Source of the DNA: Clostridia bacterium
GTDB taxonomy: Bacteria; Bacillota; Clostridia; Christensenellales; CAG-138
Length of the DNA: 64,000 bases
NCBI GenBank assembly: GCA_017429985.1
Contig: JAFRNW010000022.1
Span: 70,291 to 134,290, forward strand
Direction: 5' to 3'
Shown here: in pieces, positions 9,098 to 17,676 of the stretch
Numbering within the stretch: the first letter of the stretch is position 1
Layout: each line of letters starts with the position of its first letter
Notes under the pieces: model-generated
The model's input: the letters and a program-made list of their open reading frames with translations, nothing else
The model's database searches: none
What the model was told of the DNA's origin: nothing
Program-made: the position numbers and the translations under genes

Positions 9098-10213
9098 TCA
9101 GTTAACAGGGGTAACGGGGGTGAAGATCACCTTGGTCGCGTACAGGACATTGTCATCTCCGATATAGAAGGTGACATTTGCATAGTCCCCGGGGATGCGG
9201 CTGCCTTCGCCGCCATAGGAAGCGTATGTGACATCAAATTCATATCCGTTTTCCAAAGCAAGATTCATGCCGCCGAACGATTTCACGAGGCCGCTTACCG
9301 TGCCGGTTGTTTTGGGAACGGAGGTGGGCGTCGGATCTTCAATCGTGATCAGGGATACGCGTTTTGCATCCGGGTTTTTGGAAGCGAATCCGTCGTATTC
9401 CACTCGGACGCGCAGACCTGTTTTCAGAGAATAATCGCCCAGCGCGTATTCTGTGCTGTCTGTTCTCTTGAAGGTATAGGTCTTGGTTCTGTTCGCCTGA
9501 ATGGTGAATTTATTGCTGCTGACTTTGATGACTTTGCCGTTCATATGCTTGTCAACGGTGTTCGTCTCGTCCGAAACGTCATCTTTGCGGGATTCTGCGA
9601 CGAGCTCGGTAATCTCGACTTCCTTGGCGGGCGGTCCTGCCATCAGATCCCCCTCGTATGAAACGGTGACCTTATCCCCTGCCATGATTTCTTCGGCGAG
9701 ACCGGTAATGACCGTGTCTTTCGTCAGGATAAAGGCAAGAACGTCGGAAGAGGAAATCTCAACGAACAACGTATTGGAATCGTGCTGAAGAACAGTTCCG
9801 TCAATTGTCAGAACGGGATATTCCTTTGTGACATCGATCAGATGGGCGACCGGATTATCGGTCAGTTCCCCTTCATAGTAGACGGTGACCTTGTCGCCTT
9901 TATCGGCTATCGTTCCGTCTTCGTCCGCAATCAGGAAGTTGAAGGTATCCCCGCTGTCGAGCTGAACCATAAGATCGGTCTCTCCTACGGAGATGACGGT
10001 ACCCTTAACGGCCATGACTTCGATGAGCGGTTCCTCGGACGGGGCAGGGGTCGGCTCCGGCGTGGGTTCCGGCGTGGGAACGGCAGTAGGTTCCGCAGTC
10101 GGCGCAGCCGTGGCGGCAAAGGTTTCGTCCAGAGCAGGCGTTGCGGGCTTTGCACAGCCTGCAGCCAAGCAGAACAGTAGGAGAACGGCAATAAGGATCA
10201 TGGTTTTCTTCAT
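9098..10213 (-). CDS. Lipoprotein with four tandem ~70-80 aa beta-rich repeats (function unknown)
   Basis: Start moved to MKKTMILIAVLLLFCLAAGC (lipobox LAAGC), with AGGAGG 9 nt upstream. P/T/E-rich linker, then four repeats each ending in a GDKVTVYYEG-like motif (GDKVTVYYEGEL, GDKVTVSYEGDL, GLRVRVEYDGF, GDYANVTFYIG). Confidence 0.7.
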   Translation of the reverse strand: MKKTMILIAVLLLFCLAAGCAKPATPALDETFAATAAPTAEPTAVPTPEPTPEPTPAPSEEPLIEVMAVKGTVISVGETDLMVQLDSGDTFNFLIADEDGTIADKGDKVTVYYEGELTDNPVAHLIDVTKEYPVLTIDGTVLQHDSNTLFVEISSSDVLAFILTKDTVITGLAEEIMAGDKVTVSYEGDLMAGPPAKEVEITELVAESRKDDVSDETNTVDKHMNGKVIKVSSNKFTIQANRTKTYTFKRTDSTEYALGDYSLKTGLRVRVEYDGFASKNPDAKRVSLITIEDPTPTSVPKTTGTVSGLVKSFGGMNLALENGYEFDVTYASYGGEGSRIPGDYANVTFYIGDDNVLYATKVIFTPVTPVN

Positions 10214-10435
10214 ATGGATAAACCTCCTGCGTATCAGCCCGTAAAGATAATAAAAGTATATCACAGATTATTCGTGAACAAAAAAGGAATTATGAAGGGA
10301 CAATGAAATCGCCGGAGCCTGACAGCTGGCGGCAGGATCAAACGCACGGTATCCGGAAGGCTTTTCCCGGAGGAAACAGATGCGCGGGCGGATAAGAAGC
10401 GATACAATGAATCAGTAGACACAGGAGGTTTGGAT

Positions 10436-11203
10436 ATGCTGAAGGCTTTGCGGGACTTGCGTCAGATCTGGGACAGCGGGGAATGGCGTCCCGAGGGAGG
10501 AGCTTGGTTCCCGACTCCGGGGCTGGTCGTTCTTCCGGAAGAAAAAACAGAAACCGGGACGGATGTTGCGGTCTGCTCTGAATTCGCGGGGGAGATCAGC
10601 GGAATGATCCGCTCTGTCCGGAACGCGCTTCTGGATGATCTTGATTTCTATGATCAGGAAGACCTGTACCGTAGAATGGGCACGGCCGCGAACGGGGCGA
10701 TCCGGGACGGAAAGGGATGCCGTGAGATACTGGAAAGGATTCTTTCCGAAGCGGAGGTAGTCTATGACGAATGGAACCGGTATCTGTATTTCGCGTATGA
10801 CGAACTGATGGCGGAGGACGTCATGCACACGGTCTGCCCGACCGCGAAACGGTTCGGCAGGGCATCTGCCGACGGATATGATATCCGCCTGGACGCGGAG
10901 GGGCATCTGACGGCAGCGCCTGATCCGGAGCAGTCGGTGGAGGGCGTGCTGTGGCTTCTGACACAGCAGGAACTGTATCTGCTGGAAGCGTATAAAAATG
11001 GTACGGAGGATCGTTTTGTCAAACGGTCGGTCATCCTGACGTCCTCGGACGAACTGCTCAGCGCGCATACGTATCTTTCTCTGAACCTGCCGGAACAGCC
11101 GGTCCATCCGGACGGACAGTTCCGTACAGCGCTGGAAGCAGCCGGGACCGCCGCTCTTTCCGGGGCATACGTCTCCAGAATGATCCGATTAGAGCAATGC
11201 TGA
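10436..11203 (+). CDS. Hypothetical protein with C-terminal gamma-glutamylcyclotransferase (GGCT/AIG2)-like domain
   Basis: ATG at 10436 lies 7 nt after AGGAGG (the track's start at 10430 is TTG). The C-terminal half (LYFAYDELM..CPTAKRFG..GYDIRL..VEGVLWLLTQQELYLLEAYKNG..RFVKRSV..AHTYL) follows the GGCT-like pattern. The N-terminal ~115 aa are unassigned. Confidence 0.5.
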   Translation: MLKALRDLRQIWDSGEWRPEGGAWFPTPGLVVLPEEKTETGTDVAVCSEFAGEISGMIRSVRNALLDDLDFYDQEDLYRRMGTAANGAIRDGKGCREILERILSEAEVVYDEWNRYLYFAYDELMAEDVMHTVCPTAKRFGRASADGYDIRLDAEGHLTAAPDPEQSVEGVLWLLTQQELYLLEAYKNGTEDRFVKRSVILTSSDELLSAHTYLSLNLPEQPVHPDGQFRTALEAAGTAALSGAYVSRMIRLEQC

Positions 11204-12214
11204 AAGAGCGAGGAGGTCTTCCCGACTGGTGGACCAGCAGGTCGTGAAGCGGACGATGGTATGCTCCGCGTCGTATTTCCCCCAGAAGTCGATTCCTATG
11301 GATCGGGAGAGCTCTCTGTACCGGGTGTCTTCCAGAATGACGAACTGCTGGTTAGTCGGGGATTCCAGATAGAATCGGTATCCTTTTACCCGGAGCAGGC
11401 GTTTCAGTTCTTCCGCCATATCGATGGCGTGTTTCCCGATTCTGTAATACAGCCCGTCAGTAAACAGGGTATCGAACTGAACACCGAGGAGGCGGCCCTT
11501 TGCGGCAAGCGCGCCTCTTCTTTTTATTGCGCCGAGAAAGTGAGCGGGCATGTTTTTCCTGGTGAAGACCAGGGCCTCCCCGCAGAGCGCGCCGACTTTG
11601 GTCCCGCCGATATAAAACACATCGCAGATCCTGGCAAGATCCGGAAGAGTCAGGTCGCAGGAAGGACTCATCAGCCCATAACCGAGCCTGGCTCCGTCCA
11701 GATACAGGATCAGACCGTGCGCATGGCAGATGTCCGCAAGTTCTTCCAGTTCCGCTTTTGAATAGAGCGTTCCCAGCTCGGTCGGAAAGGAAACGTAAAC
11801 CATCCCGGGATACACCATGTGCTCCTTGTGTTCGTCCGCGAAGAAGGCGGAGAGCATGGCAATGAGAGGTTCCGGCTCGAGTTTGCCGTTTTTGGACGGA
11901 AGGGAAAGAACTTTGTGACCGGTATATTCGATCGCCCCGGCTTCATGCGTCCCGATATGTCCCGTATCCGCGCAGATGACCCCCTGATGTTCAGACAGCA
12001 TGGAGGAGATCGCGACCGCATTCGTCTGGGTTCCCCCCATCAAAAAACAGATCTGAGCGTCCGGACAGGCGCATTCCTGACGGATCCTGTTCTTGGCGGA
12101 CGCGGTGAAGGGATCCTCTCCGTATCCCTGCGCGGGGATCAGATTCGTTTCCTCAAAACGTTTCAGAATTTCAGGGTGCGCCCCGGTATTATAATCGCAT
12201 TCAAAAGATATCAT
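11189..12214 (-). CDS. Low-specificity threonine aldolase / beta-eliminating lyase family (PLP-dependent)
   Basis: 341 aa. FECDYNTGAHPEIL.., GGTQTNAVAISS.., DGARL.., FYIGGTKVGA (PLP-lysine region) are typical of the threonine aldolase family. Confidence 0.8.
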   Translation of the reverse strand: MISFECDYNTGAHPEILKRFEETNLIPAQGYGEDPFTASAKNRIRQECACPDAQICFLMGGTQTNAVAISSMLSEHQGVICADTGHIGTHEAGAIEYTGHKVLSLPSKNGKLEPEPLIAMLSAFFADEHKEHMVYPGMVYVSFPTELGTLYSKAELEELADICHAHGLILYLDGARLGYGLMSPSCDLTLPDLARICDVFYIGGTKVGALCGEALVFTRKNMPAHFLGAIKRRGALAAKGRLLGVQFDTLFTDGLYYRIGKHAIDMAEELKRLLRVKGYRFYLESPTNQQFVILEDTRYRELSRSIGIDFWGKYDAEHTIVRFTTCWSTSREDLLALSALL

Positions 12215-12633
12215 GATGATTTCTCCAGTATGGAATCAAGCTGAGCGAACAGTTCTTCTTCCGTTTCATAAGGATAAATTTGGAAATACGGATCCCCGGA
12301 AAGCATGGCGGACAGCTGACCGCGCGATTTTCTGAAAAAAACATGGCACGGGATGCCGAACCGCTCCGCATAGGCGAGTTCATATCCGACGCCCAGTGAG
12401 GGGCGGGAGCATTCTGCGATCACGAGATCGCTTTCCCTGAGCCATGCGGTATCCTGACGGTATATTTCCGAAGGAAGGTATTCCGACTGGCCCAGAGATG
12501 AAATGGCGGTGTTGCCGACATGCTCTGTCAGGACCGTATCTGTTTTCTTAATGTGCTGAATGATGGAATGATACCATTCAGCGTCCTCCCTGCCTCCTGT
12601 GATGGAACCTGCAAAGTACACTTTCTGATTCAT
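12211..12633 (-). CDS. 2'-deoxynucleoside 5'-phosphate N-hydrolase (DNPH1/Rcl)-like, nucleoside 2-deoxyribosyltransferase fold
   Basis: 140 aa. VYFAGSITGGRED..VLTEHV..AECSRPSLGVGYELAYA..QLSAML aligns residue-for-residue with mammalian DNPH1 motifs (FCGSIRGGRED, VLTEHV, PSLGVGYELG, VLSAMI). 4-nt overlap with the aldolase gene. Confidence 0.8.
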   Translation of the reverse strand: MNQKVYFAGSITGGREDAEWYHSIIQHIKKTDTVLTEHVGNTAISSLGQSEYLPSEIYRQDTAWLRESDLVIAECSRPSLGVGYELAYAERFGIPCHVFFRKSRGQLSAMLSGDPYFQIYPYETEEELFAQLDSILEKSS

Positions 12634-13049
12634 GAGTCAACGTCCTGCCGCATCATTATATATTAATGTATCTTATTGTATAGCGCATACGGAGGAAAGG
12701 CAAAGGATTCTTGCCCGCAGAAGGAACGTCCCGCAGGAGGCAGGATTCAAGGCATACACTGCGCGGAAGGAAGCTGACCGCGAAGGACCCCTTGTATGCC
12801 GGTTCCGAAACAAACGGCCGGAAAATGAAACATTAATGCTACAAAACTGTAAATATGCCGCCGGTCCGCTATCTTTCTGAAAAAGGGATGTGGTAGGATA
12901 GACGTGTTCCTGAGAAACGGCTCTGCCCCGCGCAGTGAAACGTTATTTTTCGGGGGCCGCGGTGCTTCCCCGGATACAGAAGCGCCGTGATGGAAAAGAG
13001 CACATATTTGTAAACACAATCATTGGTATTTCCGAAGGAGATGTAAAAA

Positions 13050-14696
13050 ATGGGAAAAAGAAATGATTTTGCTATTAGAAAGGTATGCGGCGCGGTTTCC
13101 GCACTCCTCGTGCTGGCACTGGTTCTTGTGATCATGCCCGGGATTGCGAGGGCGGACAACGTGACCGTAACCTTTGATGCAAATGGCGGAACGCCCGCGA
13201 CTCAGACCATAATGACTACTACAAATGAATCGGGTAAAGAAGTATTGGGTGATGCGTTCCCATCGGCAAGCAGAGATAACTGCACGTTCGACGGCTGGTT
13301 TACTTCCGAAGGGAGCAAAGTAACAGAGAATACGGAGTTTACCTCAAACACGACCGTTTACGCGCACTGGATCGGAAATGTTGACGGCTTAACTTTGGAC
13401 AAAAACCCGCCATCCTGGTCGACAACCATAAAGGGGGATACGACTTCCCTGACGGCTACCGCCACAGTTACCCCGGACGATGCAGAAGCCCCGGCAATCA
13501 CCTGGACGACATCCGACGCTACTGTCGTGTCGCTGAGCGCAACATCCGGGAAAACCGTAACCCTTACGGCGGAAGGCAATGGACAGGCGACTGTCACAGC
13601 GACCAGCGCGGGTCAGACTGCAACCTGCGACGTTAGGGTGAGCATTCCCCCGGCAGCAGCTGTTACCATGAAGGGCACCGCCAGCGGGACGGTCAACACG
13701 CCGCTCACGGGATCATTTACTCTGACCCTCACCGATGCGACGTTTAACGCGGTCAGCGCGGGGGACGTGACCAGCTGGTTCACGAACATTCCGAGCGGAC
13801 TTACTGCGACTGCTGAAGCAACGGCTGCGGGCAGCACCACGCTGAAAGTGACCATCTCCGGAACGCCCACTGTGGCCGGGACAAACATTCAGGCGGCGTG
13901 CACGGTTCCCGCAAGCGCAAACAGCTCCGGATCCGCGGTTACGCTGAAACCGAGCTCCGATGCGGTGTATAACATCGAATCCGCGCCTTCCCCGACGCCG
14001 GTCCCTCTGACTTCGTTCAAATTGGATCCTGCGAAAAAAACGCTTTATGACAGTCAGTCCGTGCAGCTGAAGATGACGGATATCAAACCGAAGGATGCAA
14101 CGATCAAATCCGTGACCTATGCGTCCAGCAATACATCCGTTGCGACCGTCGACTCGAACGGACTTGTAACGGCAAAAGGATACGGTACCGCGACGATTAC
14201 GGCGATCGCGACCGACGAGAACGGGAACAACGTTTCCGCAACGAGCAAGATCACGGTCATGCCGAAGATCTATCTGAGCTTCAAGCCCAACAACAGCAAA
14301 CTCGGGAAAAATGATTCCACGGAGATGACGATCGAAATCACCAATCCGTCGGAAGAGTATGCCTGGGTCAAGAGAAGCAACAAGAGGATCTATTACTCCG
14401 GCTATACGAAGAAAGTGACCGCGTCGAACGGAACCGTCTGGTATAAATGCAAACTGAAAGACGGGAAGGCAACGCTCACGATCAAGCCGCAGTATAACGG
14501 AAAGGCAACGGTTACTGTCGCGCATGAGGACGCAGCAAGCGTATCGGCGGATTTCACAGTCAGCGGATACCATAACCTCCCCGCGACCGGACAGAACAGC
14601 ATGCTGATCTATATACTGAGCGGAGTTGGTGTACTGGCTGCGGCAGGGCTCGCCGCTGCCTACACTGTAAAGCGGAAGAAAGAGAATGCAGACTGA
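13050..14696 (+). CDS. Cell-wall-anchored surface protein (Flg_new repeat + Big_2-like Ig domains, LPATG sorting signal)
   Basis: 548 aa. Signal peptide (..LVIMPGIARA), VTVTFDANGGTP..FDGWF repeat, Big_2-like segments (TWTTSDATVVSLSATSGKTVTLTAEGNGQATVTA; YASSNTSVATVDSNGLVTAKGYGTATITA). C-terminal LPATG, then a hydrophobic stretch and KRKKENAD. Confidence 0.85.
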   Translation: MGKRNDFAIRKVCGAVSALLVLALVLVIMPGIARADNVTVTFDANGGTPATQTIMTTTNESGKEVLGDAFPSASRDNCTFDGWFTSEGSKVTENTEFTSNTTVYAHWIGNVDGLTLDKNPPSWSTTIKGDTTSLTATATVTPDDAEAPAITWTTSDATVVSLSATSGKTVTLTAEGNGQATVTATSAGQTATCDVRVSIPPAAAVTMKGTASGTVNTPLTGSFTLTLTDATFNAVSAGDVTSWFTNIPSGLTATAEATAAGSTTLKVTISGTPTVAGTNIQAACTVPASANSSGSAVTLKPSSDAVYNIESAPSPTPVPLTSFKLDPAKKTLYDSQSVQLKMTDIKPKDATIKSVTYASSNTSVATVDSNGLVTAKGYGTATITAIATDENGNNVSATSKITVMPKIYLSFKPNNSKLGKNDSTEMTIEITNPSEEYAWVKRSNKRIYYSGYTKKVTASNGTVWYKCKLKDGKATLTIKPQYNGKATVTVAHEDAASVSADFTVSGYHNLPATGQNSMLIYILSGVGVLAAAGLAAAYTVKRKKENAD

Positions 14697-15492
14697 TCCT
14701 AACAGCCGTTCGACAGGAATACGGAAAGCGATACGGTTCCTGTGGATTCTGCTGATCGTCATTGCTGTTGCTGTAGCAGGTCTTCTGTATCTTCGGTATC
14801 AGGCAGGGAAACAGGCGGAATCGGCTGCACAGACGCTTCTGCAATCCGTCAGTTTCACCGCGTCCCCGGTTCCGGTACCTGCACCGACCCCCGGCCAAAC
14901 GGAAACGGCCGAGCAAATCGGACAGGAAAACGGACAGGAAGAACCGGAGGAGGAGATCGACTCGGGCGCTATTACCGAAGAACATCGCGCAGCAGGGGAT
15001 GATGATACGCTCCTCACCGGCGGAACATACATAGAGCCTGTGCTGAATGAGGAGGAAATGCAGAAGCTGATCGATTCTGTCGCCAACAAGACGAACGACG
15101 GCAGCGTCATCGGTGTGATCCGTATTCCGAAAACGGATACGAAGCTTCCGATCATCGGAGAATGGTCGTCCAGCCTTTTGAAAATATCTGTGTGCAGATA
15201 TCAGGGCGGAAAGCCGAACGAACCGGGAAATCTGATCATCATGGGGCACAACTATAAAAGCGGCGCCCATTTCGGCGGACTGAAGAAGCTTAAGGTCGGA
15301 GACGAAGTGTTTCTGGCAGGAATGGACGGCGTGGAAAAGCGCTATGTTGTTTACCAGCTGGATGAAGTGGCTCCGGATGATTTCGGAGCCCTGACGGAAC
15401 AGCGCGGAACGTGCGGACTGAGCCTGATGACCTGTTACAAGGACGGAACGAACAGACTGTTTGTCCGCTGCGAGCAAGTCGATCCTTCCTGA
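14686..15492 (+). CDS. Sortase (transpeptidase), cassette 1
   Basis: 268 aa. N-terminal TM, P/T/E-rich linker, catalytic His (LIIMGHNYK), Cys (LSLMTC) and Arg (NRLFVRCE). Overlaps the substrate gene by 11 nt. Confidence 0.85.
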   Translation: MQTDPNSRSTGIRKAIRFLWILLIVIAVAVAGLLYLRYQAGKQAESAAQTLLQSVSFTASPVPVPAPTPGQTETAEQIGQENGQEEPEEEIDSGAITEEHRAAGDDDTLLTGGTYIEPVLNEEEMQKLIDSVANKTNDGSVIGVIRIPKTDTKLPIIGEWSSSLLKISVCRYQGGKPNEPGNLIIMGHNYKSGAHFGGLKKLKVGDEVFLAGMDGVEKRYVVYQLDEVAPDDFGALTEQRGTCGLSLMTCYKDGTNRLFVRCEQVDPS

Positions 15493-15523
15493 TCCATCAG
15501 ACATTATATAAGCAATCATCCGG

Positions 15524-15560
15524 AAGGCACGGATCCTGACAGGTTCCGTGCCTTTCTTGC
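15524..15560 (+). terminator. Rho-independent terminator after sortase 1
   Basis: Stem AAGGCACGG / CCGTGCCTT (9 bp) followed by TCTT. Confidence 0.55.
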
Positions 15561-15734
15561 GGATTGTGAGCGGGGATCGTTTCCGGGCATTCAGGGAAAA
15601 GAAGAGGCGATCCTGCCGTGATGTGTCCGAGGATTCACAATACAGCCGGATTCCTGCACAAATGTGACATACGGGATACAAAATCGGGAGATAAAGTCTT
15701 CTGCAAGCGAACAAGTGAAACGAGGAGAGATAAG

Positions 15735-17567
15735 ATGACATCGATCAACAAAGCTGCGGCGGTTTTGACAGCACTGCTGCTGGGCGTTTCCGTCATCGGG
15801 TGCGTGCAGCCGGAACCGGAACAGCAGGGCAGCGAACCGCTTGATGCAGTCATATCGGAAGGAACAGAAGAAACGACGTTGGGTTCCGATGCTGCGGAGG
15901 AAACGGTCGTCGGGATCATTACCGGCGTGGAAGAAGGTGTTCTCACGCTGACGGAGATGAAGGGGCAGGAGCAGATGAACGCATCCGCACCGCCGGAAAA
16001 GCCGGAGGGAGAGGACCCGTCTCCAGACAGCGGGACGCCCGGTGAGCCGCCTGAAATGCAGCGCGGTGAATCCGTAACGATTCTGACGGATCAGAACACG
16101 GAAGTGACGGTTGACGGCGTGCCCGGCTCTCTGGAGAGCCTGTCTTCCGGCATGATGGCGACAGTTGTGCTGAGGGACGGAGTCGCTTCCTCCGTTTCCG
16201 CTATGTCCGGACCGCCCGACACGCCGGATCCCGGCCAGAACAGTCCCGGAGACATGCCGATGCCCGGACACATGGCGGATGCGCAAGACCGGAAGACGGA
16301 AATAACCTACAGTGCGGTGGAGTACTGTGAACAGGATACGGACTTCCGTGATGCCGCTATTACCTCGGAAGGAACCGATGAAAGCGCAGTGATCGCGGCA
16401 GACGGCACAACGGTGAGGCTTGAGAACGTCGCGGTGGTCCGCAACAGCGCAGATTCAACCGGAGGGGACGCATCCAGCTTTTACGGAGTCGGCGCGGCGG
16501 TTCTTGCAAACGGAGGAACGGTCAAAGTCGACGGCGGAAGCATCACAACGGACGCGGACGGCGGAGCGGGCCTGTTTGCGGTAAACGGGGGAACGGTCTA
16601 CGCGCAGAATACGGAAATCAGCACGGAAAAAGGAACGTCCGGCGGTGTTCATGTGGCAGGCAGCGGAACCCTGTACGGATGGAACCTGACCGTCGATACA
16701 AACGGAAGATCATCCGCTGCGGTACGGAGCGACCGCGGGGGCGGGACGATCAGGCTGGACGGCGGAACATACACCTCCAACGGATCCGGCTCTCCGGCGA
16801 TCTACAGTACGGCGGACATATCCGTTAAGGACGCGGTGCTCAGCGCGACCGGTTCGGAGGCGATCTGCATTGAAGGAAAAAACAGCGTGAGCCTTTACGA
16901 CTGCCAGCTGAGCGGGAACATGAAAGACGACAGCCAGAACGACTGCACCTGGACGGTGATACTGTATCAGAGCATGTCCGGGGATGCAGAAGAAGGCACG
17001 TCTGTATTCAATATGCGCGGGGGATCGATCGAGAGCGGAAACGGCGGCATATTCTATACGACCAATACTTCCAGCGTCTTTACGCTTCAGGATGTGGCCA
17101 TCCATGCCTCTGAAGACAGCGAATTTCTTCTCCGCTGCACCGGCAACGCCAACGCGCGCGGCTGGGGAAAGACCGGAAGCAACGGCGCACAGTGCGTCTT
17201 TACGGGAATTCATCAGGAACTGAACGGGGATATCATCTGGGACAGCGTCAGCAAACTCCAGGTTTATCTGACGGAAGGCAGCTGTCTGAAGGGGGCTGTC
17301 GTACAGGATAAAACATATGAAGGAGAAGGCACTTCCGAACTGATCATTGACGCAGGCTCCAGATGGATCGTGACCGCGGATTCGTCCGTATCCGCCCTGT
17401 ACTGTGCGGGAACGATTCAGGACGTGAACGGCAAAACCGTAACGATCCGGAACACGGATGGCGAGATCCTTGTTCAGGGCAGCAGCGGGATCACGGTTAC
17501 GGTCGGCGTATATTCGACCGATTGCAGCCTTGAAAACGCAGGAACCATCCGTGACTATGAGATCTGA
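15735..17567 (+). CDS. Lipoprotein with predicted right-handed beta-helix (pectin-lyase-fold-like) repeats
   Basis: Start moved to MTSINKAAAVLTALLLGVSVIGC (lipobox), with GAGGAG upstream. P/E-rich linker, then many G/T/S-rich turns (GGTVKVDGGSITT, NGGTVYAQNTEIST, GGGTIRLDGGTYTS) typical of parallel beta-helix adhesin-like proteins. Confidence 0.6.
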   Translation: MTSINKAAAVLTALLLGVSVIGCVQPEPEQQGSEPLDAVISEGTEETTLGSDAAEETVVGIITGVEEGVLTLTEMKGQEQMNASAPPEKPEGEDPSPDSGTPGEPPEMQRGESVTILTDQNTEVTVDGVPGSLESLSSGMMATVVLRDGVASSVSAMSGPPDTPDPGQNSPGDMPMPGHMADAQDRKTEITYSAVEYCEQDTDFRDAAITSEGTDESAVIAADGTTVRLENVAVVRNSADSTGGDASSFYGVGAAVLANGGTVKVDGGSITTDADGGAGLFAVNGGTVYAQNTEISTEKGTSGGVHVAGSGTLYGWNLTVDTNGRSSAAVRSDRGGGTIRLDGGTYTSNGSGSPAIYSTADISVKDAVLSATGSEAICIEGKNSVSLYDCQLSGNMKDDSQNDCTWTVILYQSMSGDAEEGTSVFNMRGGSIESGNGGIFYTTNTSSVFTLQDVAIHASEDSEFLLRCTGNANARGWGKTGSNGAQCVFTGIHQELNGDIIWDSVSKLQVYLTEGSCLKGAVVQDKTYEGEGTSELIIDAGSRWIVTADSSVSALYCAGTIQDVNGKTVTIRNTDGEILVQGSSGITVTVGVYSTDCSLENAGTIRDYEI

Positions 17568-17613
17568 GACGCTTTTGACAACCAGGCCATTGACAGGATA
17601 AGGAAACACGCAG

Positions 17614-17655
17614 ACATCCCCGCTTCCGCAGGCCGGAACGGGGATGTTTCATTTG
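17614..17655. terminator. Hairpin terminator between convergent genes
   Basis: Stem ACATCCCCG / CGGGGATGT (9 bp) followed by TTCATTT. Lies between the beta-helix lipoprotein (+) and VanW (-) stops. Confidence 0.55.
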
Positions 17656-17676
17656 CATATGCTGTCCTGAAGCGGA

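Noticed and set aside
8578-9105. A 175-aa highly basic plus-strand ORF, and the 113-aa minus-strand ORF across the same region.
   Set aside because: These are frame shadows of the GAA/GAG/GAC-rich acidic-tail codons of the ABC gene. There is no RBS, and they run through the terminator hairpins.
10290-10395. A ~31-codon ORF (MKSPEPDSWRQDQTHGIRKAFPGGNRCAGG) containing GG, considered as a possible double-glycine-leader cargo for the exporter.
   Set aside because: It has a poor RBS and no leader-like helix or core peptide. It is separated from the exporter by a convergent lipoprotein gene and two terminators. It is probably non-coding.
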